Below are positions 39,501 to 51,500 of a DNA stretch of 64,000 bases, one piece after another. Position numbers and translations under genes: made by a program. This DNA is from Nageia nagi (taxonomy: Eukaryota; Plantae; Pinophyta): NCBI GenBank assembly GCA_050084985.1, contig JBITNC010000001.1, positions 41,416,001 to 41,480,000 of the forward strand. The letters run 5' to 3'. The notes below the pieces were generated by a model that searched no databases, was not told where the DNA came from, and saw only the letters and a program-made list of their open reading frames with translations. Within the stretch, counting starts at the first letter, position 1. Every line of letters begins with the position of its first letter.

Positions 39501-42500
39501 ACACATTGATAACTGAACAATGCTAGATTGGCCAATTTTTTTGCTCTTAAATTTGTACAAGTTCCTCACGCAGAGCGACCTTACCATGAAGATGTACATC
39601 AAAATCAACACTATATAACACAAAATCCTCCTAGGGGTGAAGTTTTCATCACAAACATGAATTCAACATAAGAGTTCAAACTTCACTCCCCCTTGAGGGC
39701 AACTTCACCAACCCGATAGCATCCCAAAGCTTACAGAACTAAGCTTCCGGGAGAGGCTTGGTGAACAAATCAGCGGAGTTCAAGGTGGATGGATAATACT
39801 CTAGATGTATAATGCCATCAAGAACCTTCTCCCTGATAAAATGTGCCAAGATTTCCACATGTTTTGTTCTTTGATGGAACACAAAATTTTTAGCCAAAGA
39901 AATGGCAGACTGATTGTTTGAAAAAATAAAAAATGAGTCAACTTGCTCATACCCAATTTCTTTCAAAAGATGCCTTAGCCAAATAGCTTCCTAAGCTGCA
40001 ACAGACATGGCATGGTATTTAGCTTCTGTGGTGGAAAGAGAAATAGTAGGCTGCTTCTTGGAAGCCCAAGAGATAGCACCTGAACCAATGCTAAACACAT
40101 ACATAGAGGTTGACTTCCTATCATCTTTATCTCCCCCATAGTCAGAATCTGAGAATCCAAAAAGAACAAACGAGGGCAACTTAGAATACTTGAGAGCAAG
40201 ATCCTTCATCCCTACAACATACCTTAAGATTTGCTTAACAGCATTGAGGTGCTCAACATATGGTTTTTGCATGAATCGTGCCATTAGATTCACTGCAAAG
40301 GCAATATCTGGCCTAGAAATAATCAAATACCAAAAGACTACCAATTAATTGTCTGTAAGCTGTAGCATCAACCAACTGAGAATTGGAGCTCTGAAAAATA
40401 GTGATTCCAGGAGAAATGGGGATGCAGCATATCTACATTCCTCCATTCCAAACTTCTGCAAGATAACTGATATATACTTAGATTGACTGAGATAAGTACA
40501 ATCCTTGTATTGATACATTTGCATTCCAAGATAGTGGTGCAAGAGACCAAGATCAGTCATTTCAAACGTTGCCTTAAGTTTGGATATGCACTTTTGAATG
40601 ATTTCATCATTGTTCCCAGTAATCAAAAGATCATCCACATAAAGGAGAATCAAGACCACGTCTTTTTCTTGATTGAGCACATATAGATTGGAGTTAGAAA
40701 AACACTCGAAGAAACCAAGGTCTGCAAAATATCTTGAAATCTTTTTGTACTAGGCTTTAAGTGCTTACTTAAGTCCATACAATGACTTCTTTAGCTTGCA
40801 CACAAAGGATTCTTTTCCTTTCACAATAAACCATTCTGGTTGAATCATGAAGATTTTCACATCTAAGTCACCATTGAGGAATGTACTTTTGACGTCAAGT
40901 TGAAAAACTTTCCATCCTTAAGCTGGAGAAAGGGCAAGGATAATTCTCACAGTAGACATCTTTGCTACGGGAGCAAAGGTTTTCTCATACTCTACACCAT
41001 ATTTCTGAGCAAAACCTTTAGCTACTAACCTTGTCTTGTATTTTTAAATATCCCCAACTGAATTAAACTTGACCTTGTAAATCCACTTATTGCTAATCAT
41101 ATTCTTCTCATTGGGATAAGGAACGAAATCCCACGTTTTATTTTTCATAAGTGCCTTATACTCCACTTTCATGGCTTCCATCCAGCACTCGTGCTTTGAA
41201 GTTTCTTTGAAGAATTGAGGGCTCAAACTTGTTGTCAATCTTGGCAAATAAGGATTTGTTCAAGGTCATGCTTCTTGTTACCTTTTGAGTTGGAGAATTT
41301 TGCTCTTGAGGTGACTTGACTATATCAATATCCAACCAACTAGGAGCAATTGACGAGTCATCTAGAATATCAACATCCTTATTAGAAGCAGATTCTTCAT
41401 GAAGTTCATTGAACTTTACATCCTTTGAAACGAACATTATTTTATAGGATGGAGAGTAGAGCCTGTAGCCTCAATGTTGACTATCATAACCCACAAAGAT
41501 ACACTTTTCAACTCTTTTGTCTAACTTTTTCTTTTTCTTAGAAACAATGTAGGAGAATGCTTCACAATCAAACACCTTAAAGTGAAAGATGTTAGATTTT
41601 CTTCTTAACCATGTCTTAAAAGGAGTCTTACTTTGAATGGCTTTTATGGGATACCTATTCAAAGTGTAAATAGCAGTGCTCATAGCTTCACCCCACAAGA
41701 AACTAGAAAGATTATCCAACATGCATCTAGCCATTTCCATAATTGTTTTGTTCTTCCTTTTGGCAACACCGTTCTGCTGAGAAGTGTATGTAATTGTAAA
41801 TTGCCTTTTAATTCCAGACTTAGCACAATTGACATTGAACTCATTGCTATTATATTCTCCTCCATTATCTAATCTCAACATCTTGATTTTAAGGTTAGTT
41901 TGATTTTCAACTAAGGCTTTAAAATTCTTGAAACTCTCAAAGGTTTGAACTTTGTACTCAAGTAGATACCCAAAAGTCATCCTACTAAAGTCATCAATGA
42001 CGGTCAAGACGTAAGCTGCTCCTCCCAGCGATTTAGTCTGAAACGGACCCATCAAATCTAAATGCACAAGTTGAAGAGGTTGAGATGCTCTTGTTGCTTT
42101 ATCTTTTCAAACTTTTGTCTATGCATCTTGCCAAGGATTCAATTCTCACATAGACCAATTGAAGGTGAAATAGAAGACAAACCTTTCACAAATTCTTGGT
42201 CTTTCATAACTTGAATACTCTTATGGTTAAGGTGCCCTAAACGTTGATGCTAAAGATTGCCTCTAGAACACACTTGTAGCAAGACACATTTTTTATAGAA
42301 CTTGATCCACAATGTAGAGATTATCTTTGTGGAGTAAAGTTATGCTATAGGATAGTGTTTAGGAGATAATATTAGGAGAATTGTAAGAGTTCATATTGTG
42401 AATGATGTGAGATCTAGTTAGTGCATGTACTTCTAGTTGGAGGAACCACTTACATCTTGAGTTATCTTTGTGAGTTATTTAGATGTGATTTGTGAGCTTA

Positions 42501-45500
42501 CATAGAAGATTATTACAAAACCTTTACAATAATGCATTATACATTCCAATAGGTAGAGAAGCACGTTTTGATCACTTTTGAGCCCGAAAATGGCCAGTAT
42601 GGTAAAAAAATGTGTTTTTGCATGATTTGAGTCCAAAAAGCTCGGAAATGACCAAAAGTGACGAGTTGAGTCCAAAATGGCCAGAAATGCTCAAAAAGTC
42701 CAGAAATGCTAGAAAAGATTGTTTTTTCACACTAAGGGCATGGAAACGGTGGAAATGGGAGGAATTGAATACTTTGAGCCCAAAAATGCTAAAAATGATG
42801 GAAAATGACAACTTTGAGCCTGGAAAGATGGGATTGGTCGTTTTTTGCACCATTTGAGCTCGAAAATCATCAAAAATGCAAAGTTTGAGCTTAGAGGTGT
42901 CAAAAAGGATGTTTTGATCAAGTTTGAGCTTGAAAACATCGATAGTGGCCGGAAATGCACAAATTGAGTTTGGAATGGATCGAAAGTGCAAGTTTAAGTA
43001 CCCTTAGCCCCAAGCACATTTTTCCAAGGTGTTGAAGACCTAAGTGAGGGAAAAATTGTGCACGTTTCTTAGAGATAAATACAAATGGTATCGGAATTCA
43101 AGTCTAAAAGCATATTTGGAGAGATAAGGTGAATTCTATCACAGTTAGGACTCGAAATTTTCGATTTTGACCAAGTCTAAGGCACTCAAAGACTAAGCAT
43201 AATTTTCAAGCCTATGGGAAATCCATAGAGATGCATTATGGTGCCTAGAAAGTGGAGAAAAAATGGAAATGCATCAAAAATGAAATCTAAATGCATAAAT
43301 GAGTGAAAATGAAGGTTCTAAGGCACATTAGGTCTCAAAATTTTTGATTTTGAGCAAGTTAAGACCCCTAGAATGCTAGGCACATGTTTCCAAATCCATT
43401 GGAATAAAAAATGGCACCTAGAATGACAGGATGGAATGTTTTTTAACCAAAAATCAATGGGACCAAGGAAAACAGGATTGCAAACACATTTAAGTTTCAA
43501 AATTTTCAATTTTGAGCACATTTGAGTACCCTAAAGGCTAGGTTCAGGTTTCCAAGGCTATGGAAATCCAATGGGATGAAATCTAGCACCTAGAATCATG
43601 AAATTTGATAAGTTTTGGTCAAAACTCAAGTTTGAGCGGTCCATTGGGTGTAAAATGTGATTTTTAGCACATTTAGGTGTTTAAAATTTCAAAATTGAGC
43701 AAGTTTTGACCCTCTAAAGCCTAGGCGCAGGTTTGCTAATGTTTCCAAATCCATAGGAGTGATCTCTAGCACCTAACTTGGAGGGATAAGTTAAAAATAC
43801 ACTAAAAATTGATCCCGAGGTGTCAAATGCATGGAAAACCTCATTTCTAGCACCTTTAAAACTTCAAAATTTCGATTTTGGGCAATGGAAAGGCTCCTAA
43901 AAGGCAAGCACAAGTTTTCATGCCATTGGAAATCCAATGGAGTAAAATCTAGCACCTAACATCATGAAGATTCGAAATTTTTCCTCAAAATCCAAGTTTG
44001 AAGGGTCAATTGCATGGAAAACATGAAAATAAGCACATTTAAACTTGCAATTTTTTTATTTTGAGAAAGGGAAGTGGCCCAAAATCCTAGGTGTTGGTTT
44101 GCTGATTTTTCTAAATCCAATGAGATGAAAGTCAGCCCCTAGCATGAAGAGGAATAATAAAATTTGCAAAAATTCAATTTTGTCCACATGGTTGCATGGA
44201 AAAGGGCATTCTATGCATGTTTAGGTCAATAAATTTTCGAAATTAAACACTAGAAATGCCCCAAAATTCAGGCGCAGGTTTGCAAGCCATTGGAGAATCC
44301 AAACAAGTGATTTCTAACGCTTAGATCCAAACGAAAAGCTCAAAACCCCACCAAAATTCGATTTTTTGCACTTGATTGGGTAGAGAAGAAGAAAATAAGG
44401 ACATTTAAACTTTGAATTTGTCAATTTTGACCAAAGGAAGTGCCCCAAAAGGTCATGCGCGGTTTTGCAATCCTATGGGGTGTTTGAAGGCTCCAAAACC
44501 TTAAGAAACATGCAAATGCACCCGTAAAGCACTTTTTAAGTCAAAAACCCACTAAGGAGCATGCAAAAGGCACAAAAACCCTATAAATACCCATCTTAGC
44601 CTTTCATTTGCTCCACAACACTCTCCTTGAGCCTCCATGCATCCATTTTTGAGCAAAATCCTCACAAAACCTCACAAACTTGCTCAAAAACTTGAAATTT
44701 GCTCACAAGATTCAAAATAACCCCAAATCTTTTCAAATTTTTTCAAAAACCTTAGAATCTCATCCTCTATCCATCCATTAGGTCAAATCCACTTTTTAAA
44801 ATTTTTTTAAATTTTGGACCCCCTATCTTTTGGCCATTTTCAAGCTTTTTGAAAAAACATGAAAAACACAAAAAATGCTTTTTCAACGCCTAAAAACTCT
44901 CAAATTTTGAAAGATCCAAACTTTGAAGTGAATACCAAAGTGATAGAGCTCATATAGGAGAGCAGCCTCCATCATTCACTTCCCCCAAACGAAGCTTGAA
45001 ACCCCACTTTCCCATCTTTCCAAGCTTCGAAGTTGCCAAAACCTGTAAAAAAATTAATACATGGGCTAAAAAAACAGCGAGTTGATTCAAACATTGAAAA
45101 CTCGATATTTTTCTTTGAGACTTGTTCACAAGCCTCCTAGATTTATTTGCCAACACCCCATGTACTTGTTTCCCACTTCCGAAGAACTTCAAAATTCTTG
45201 AAAATCCACACTTAGCCTCTTAAAAACCCAAAAAATAAGCCAAAAATTTGACTATCTTTTTTTTCACTTAAAAACTACTCTAAAGATACCCAGTATCACT
45301 CCTAACACCTTGTTGTGTTCCACAGGGCATATACGATGAGTATTGCAAAGAAAAACAAGGAGCTCCAGATGGAGAAACTCATGAAGACTAACAAGATCAC
45401 CTTGGAGAAAAGAAGGAAGGTTGTCTTCCCTACAGCTGTGATAGTAGACGGTCTTGGATAGATCAGAGACACAAACTGGGCACAAACCGACCCAGTCAGG

Positions 45501-48500
45501 TCATTGGAAAATATGGCCAAGATCCCATATGAACGGTTGCTCAACGACACACTCGCTCAATCCAAAATCATTGAAGCCTCTATGATCCCATATATCGCTC
45601 CATTTCCAGAATTGTGACTTGAGGTAGCTAGGTACTACAACAAGAAGGAAAGAGTCCTCGACACTGAAGGCACAAAAATATTAGACTTCACTACGGAAGG
45701 AATAGAGAGTGCTTTTGCTTGGACCAATGAGGGAATCATATTCAGTATGACGGACTCCATCAAATTCTTTAATAGCCTGACAAAGTCGGGGAACTTAATA
45801 AGAGATTGGTTAGTTTACGAGTGCAAAGACTACAAGGCAAAGGCCTTAAGCCAACCAAGGAGGATAGACTTCTATCTTACAGTCTCTACCATTATTAGCA
45901 TGTTGTGCAGAATTACATGGCAAGAGAATGACCAATGATTCAAAAAGGAGTTTGTGGGTTCATACATCAGATTAGCAGAGGCAAAGGCATCAAATGGAGT
46001 AAGGTGATCAGCGATTGCATGGCCCAACAACTTTCTAAACGTGTAGAAACAAAAAGATTTTACATGAGCTCTTACTTGTATTCCTGCTCTTACATGACAA
46101 GAATAGAACATCCAACATTGCAGATACCAAGTAACTATTTGACCCAAAGATGCCAGTATGGCGGAGTTACCCTAGATTCCTGTTGGGAAACTGGTGGGAC
46201 GAATTCAAAATGATGAATGATGGATTTGAATGCCAGATATATAAAGAGATAAAGGGGATCGCTAATATGACCAGAATATCAGAGACGACAATCATGCTCT
46301 TCAAGGACATACAGATTTCTATCTCGAAGAAACATATGCCCCATATATCAGGGTCTACGGGTCAATTGAGCCACCTTATAGACTTCCTCGTTACGTAAGT
46401 GATTGATTCATACTGATGGAACTTTGTAGACACTTGTCATACCTACACAAAAAAGTTTGGTGTAAGAAAGGTGCCACCACTTGCAAATTACCCATCCAAA
46501 TAGGGGAGTACGAATGCACATCTTGGCATAAAGTCAAAACAATGAAGATGAAGTTGGCATACTACGACTTCACAGTAGAATAGGCGATAGAGTAATATGA
46601 CCCCGAGGGTATAATCGGTGCATTTTTCAAGAAAACCCGGCAAAACGATTGCCCCTACAAGTCCCTAGGAAAGCTCAAAAGGTACAAAAATATAAATGAT
46701 ACAGAGCAAATTAACAAGATAAACAGGGACTTGGTAGTAGAAGAGAAGCTCATGTAGACCATAACCAAGAAGAAGAAGAAGAGAGTTTTACAAGAGGAGA
46801 ATGCAGTAACTAGGATACATCCTTCAATAATCCTTAAGAAGAATCCCCTGATTCCATACGAACCACCACCAATTTCACCTTCCGAGCAATCTAGTCAATA
46901 TGCAACACTCATTGTTCAACCATGGCAAACTATTGATTAGACCATACAAGGATTATAGCAAGAGATAAAGAGCACTTAAGAGACTAGTAGCACTTCACAC
47001 TTGTACAAATGCTTGAAGAAGCTGGTAGAAGTCCCTACCAGAGGTCCATCCTGAGATGGACAATTATATCATTTTGGCCCTAGTTTTCCTGCTCCTCCTC
47101 CTTCCAATGATAGCTGGATGAATATGAGATTGACAAAGGAGACCTCTTGAGAGAGCCCTTAGAAGATGGCCAGATACTTCAAATACCTTATATCTTAGGT
47201 GATGAATTAAATGAATCAGATTCATCAGTCGAGGAGATATTGGCCATAGATCCTCCTACTGTGGAAGAACCCTTGCAAGCAACAAAACCTACCTCTACAC
47301 GGGCTTCTACACCTTGACAACCAAGAAAGACACCTCCACCTCAAAGAAAACCTTCACCACTTGCTCCAAGAAGGACTTCAATGTCTAAGGGAATAGCTTC
47401 CTCATCAAGAAGGGATGGAGGAAATGAGGAAGATGAAGGTGAAAATGAAGACCAAAGGAAGAAGAGGAGAGAGGATAAACAACAAGGGAAGCCTGAGAGA
47501 CAGGTGACTTCAGTTGTTGGTCCTGAACCAGGTTACAACTTCGACATGGCGGCACTCTTGAAAATTTTAAGAGCATATCATCCATCTGAAGCCTGTGCCG
47601 ACCTTGAAATCGATCAGGATTCAAAGAACAAACTTGAGCATATAGACACTTACGGCTCAATGAAGGACAACTCCATCGTCACCAACACTGTTGCTGCAGG
47701 GAGGAAAAGAAATGTTGTTGGGGATTTTGCACTAGCGATAGAAACACGAGAAGAGCCATGTAAGGCAATCGAAACTTTGGGCAGGCAACATGCAATAGTT
47801 TCCAATGTTGTAGCGCTAACAGAGGAGAACACATCACAAAAGGTATAGCTTAGGGAGCTTAAAAGAGAATTGGCCGGACAGAAAAGGTTGACTGTTGATA
47901 TACAAGCTGCTAACTTAACAATTGAAGACATCAGGAAGCAGATTTCCTTGAATACTGAGATTCAAGCTATCAAAAAGGAGTGGATAAAAGAAACCAAAGG
48001 AGGCATTTAGGAGTCTTCCTAGGAATAACTAATTTCTTTATTGAGGAGAATGGATTGTTTGTTGTGCAAGGCAAGATCCATGAATTGATTGCCAGGTGGG
48101 GCAATAGTTATCAAGTGATGCATGATATGAGAAGGAAGACTGCTAGCATGCCAATACTACTAGAATACTGTCATTAATTCTTTTACCAGTATGATTGGTT
48201 GTTCTACGGTATTTCAAAGTGTTAGGATTTCATCCAAACCCGGACAAATTTCAAGGACATGAAGAAACAGCTAGCAAAGTACCAGTTTGATCTGAAATTG
48301 ATCGAGGAAGACGGACACAGTAGGGACTACGCCACGGTGATAAATGAGGTCTAGCTAATGATTACCACTTACCTCGAAATTGAAGACATTAATGTTCTTA
48401 AATCTGGCAAGTAGATCAAATATGGCAGTGATATGGTAGTATGGTGCAGTGAGATGAAGAAGACTTCAAAGAGCATCATTGCATATCTATTGGCAAATAA

Positions 48501-51500
48501 AGGGATTATGGAATCTCAATACCGGAGTCAAACACAGAGAAACCTTCATGGGCGCCAACTTTGAGGCAACCATCGCATCACATATGCAAATCGCAAATCA
48601 ACCACTGTAATTTTTGTCATCTTCGAAAAGTTTGAAAATTTTGTAAATCAGTCAGTCGAAAAAGTTGAACACCAAAACTCAACTAACCCTGCTATCATAA
48701 TCAATAAGCATGGCAAGTAGAGCACCAAAAGTCAGCTGACTTAGTCATAGAAGGCAAATATGTAATTTTTTAATATTTTTTTTATAGAATTAGGGCAACA
48801 TTTGAGAACCCTAGAAATTCTATAAATAGACCCTATGGGGTCACTTTTATGTAGAATGAAAGTTTGGAACTTTTTAAGGAATGAAAGTTTGGAACTTTTT
48901 AAGGAATGAAATTTTGAGAACAAGTTCAAATTTTTTGTAAAAGAAATTGTGGAAACTTTTATGTAACTCGTTTACAAGCTAATACAAAGTGGTTACTTAT
49001 TTTCTCAAGAGACTTTGTCATACATGGAATGGTGAATGGATTCTCTTTTGTGGCTCTCTTTCATAGTTTGAATGTTTTCACTTCTTTCCTTGAAAACTTT
49101 CGAGTTTTAGGAACAAATAGTTGTTCAAATATTTCAAAACATTTCAAATTACTTTGAGTTTGCTAACTTTTGCCTCTTGCCCTTTTAAACAAAATGTATT
49201 TTGAAGTTGTTTCTTTTTCTATATCTTACTTGAAGCTTTCATTCAAACTTGGTTACAAAACGCACGTTCCACGCTGAGTTTCTTCGATTGCATCGGTCCC
49301 GTTCGCGAAGTACCAACAATCAATCTTGCCTCTTGCTCTATATTCAAAGCTGATTGGACAATAGTCATTCACTTTGAACTAGATTGAATGAACGAGAACT
49401 TCCTAATCGATTAGAAAATGTCTCATTTTAGACAATGCTTTGTTGCATAGTTGGAAAAATCAGATCAGAATCGGATAAAATCGAAATTGACCAAGCAAAC
49501 GATCTAATTCAAATCGGATCTGATTTTTTTCAAATAAGTGTTTATCCAATTTTTTCCGATTCTGATTCCGATTTTATTGACAAAAAAATTGCGATTTTTT
49601 GGTAAAAAATTGGCATTGAATCAACCGATGGGTTTTTGCCGATTTTTTGAGGTTTAGCTAAAACCGAAGAAATTCCTTCATATTTTTTCATGCCGATTTT
49701 ATCCAATTTTTTGCCAATTTTTCAAAAAATCAGAATCCTGCAACCAAACAATTTTGATCTTATTCCGATTTTTCTAACTATGTTTTGTTGTGATAGTTGC
49801 CTTGTGATCTAACTAGTATTGGATCATTCTCGCCTTTTTCTTTCTTTTCTTTGTTTATTTTATCTTTCCTACAATTTTTTTTTACACAACCAAAGCAACT
49901 TCCAATCATCGCAAAAACACCTTGTTCCTTAAAAAAAAAAACGTGAGTTTACAGCCTCTACCTCCATCCAAACCATTTGAGTTCATTCCTTTGATCATAT
50001 ATAAAATTGTGCTACTTAAACAGGAACACGAACAAACCTTGGGGTTTCAGTCCTTTCAAGAGGAGGTAAGTTACACTATCTCACCTAAATGCTGGGTGCT
50101 TTCCCTTCTTGATTGTGTGCAAGCGATCATAGGCGGGTAGGAAAGGTTTCCATCCCAACAGGTTCTTTACTCATCAAACCAATAGCCATCTTTGATTAGC
50201 ATGAATGTCAGCTTCGCTCTAAGACAATCACCAAAGTACTAGTGCAATGGGAAGGACTATTACCAAAAGACACCAATCGAAAGGCATGTTATAGGTTCCC
50301 TCTTTCACATGTCGTTAACATTCATAAGGGAATATATGGATAAACAGATGTTACTCACTGTTGTAAGGAAGCGAACACATATCATGTTATATTGTAAGGG
50401 AATATAGATGTAAGAGACTATAGGATGTGAAAGAATATAGGACACATGTAAGGAAAGGTGTATAAGATAATATGCTACCTTAGATATTCCTCTTATATAT
50501 GGCCATGAACACAAGCCATATGTTAGCATATAATTTGTATTGAGTTTATGGGAGGTTTCCTTCTCAAAGAGGCCTGTGATATACAAGGGAAGTGCCTATT
50601 TCTGTTATTTTCATTTTCTATATCTGTTCAACTTTATTTTTTTGAAATATTTTATTTATGCTGTTTTAATATCATTTCTGCTAATTATCCTTTCAACAAC
50701 TAAGCTTGTAGTGTCCACAATAGTCTGGACCAAATACTTCTAAGGTGAACACACTCATCACAAAGTCAAAAACCCTAGATCTTGGAGGTTTCAGAACTGA
50801 AAATTTACTGGTCTTGAAGGTTCACCAAAATTCTAAGTTGGATTGTGGGAAAAATCTCTCAAAGAATTTGCAAACATCAGATTGGGACTTCAGACATCCT
50901 CCAATATGACAAATTGATTGGATAACCAAGGATTAAATTATTGGATGTGCAAATGGAGAAAATGTATGCTTCAATGAATGGTTGTGTGTGAGAACAAAGA
51001 TCCAAGTAATGGATATTTTTGGAAACTAAAGATAAAGAAAGCATTTGCAAGCAACAAACTTGATAAGAAAGTGAATTAAAAATGAACACCACAGGAAGTG
51101 TTGTAGCACATAGCTAGTAGAAAAAATTATTAGTGCTTTGAGAGTTGAGTTTTTTTATTTGAACAAACTTACAAACAACTGAGGAGAATTGTCTCCAAGT
51201 GTTGTGAATAACGTTTTAGAGTGCTCATAGGTTTTTCTCAAGTAACTTCTTAGTTCTTGTCAAATTGAAGTATCATGTCTCTCATCATTGGAGGAGATGA
51301 CAAGCTTATTGCAAGCAAAGTGTGCATTCTTGCCATAGGAGGAAGTTACGTTTTGTTGAACCAATCATTCATGTTATGCATTGTGTAGGTATGTTTAATG
51401 ATACGTGCATGCATGGAGACTTAACTCCGATTAGAGGTGGAGGACTCAGCCCTATGTTGATAACAAGGAACCCCTTTGGTATTCTGATAGATAAGTTATA

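Larger units (their letters stand above)
37763..49953 (+). mobile_element. Giant solo-LTR-like element (about 7.7 kb after removing the nested copia and MITE) carrying an internal gene
   Basis: Inverted termini TGTGAATCCAC...GTGAGTTTACA. TSD GGCTC/GCCTC. The host gypsy-3 frame rejoins across it (FYGL|Y). TATA boxes at 44582 and 48821. No gag or pol of its own. Confidence 0.75.
32651..50829 (+). mobile_element. Gypsy-3: degenerate chromovirus (Reina-like) in the SQD2 intron, hosting nested elements
   Basis: LTRs at 32651..33163 and 50288..50829 (TGTTAYAGG...GGTTCACCA). Gag LPKIDFLRFDGTNP. RT/RNaseH at 36.2-37.3 kb. The integrase tail SPNFYGL is interrupted at 37763 and resumes at 49954. Chromodomain TKVLVQWEGLLPKD at about 50230-50275. 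Confidence 0.85.

Noticed and set aside
42475-42991. Overlapping ORFs of up to 139 aa
   Set aside because: They lie in repetitive non-coding giant-LTR sequence (TTTGAG/CAAAA repeats) on both strands and show no domain signal.
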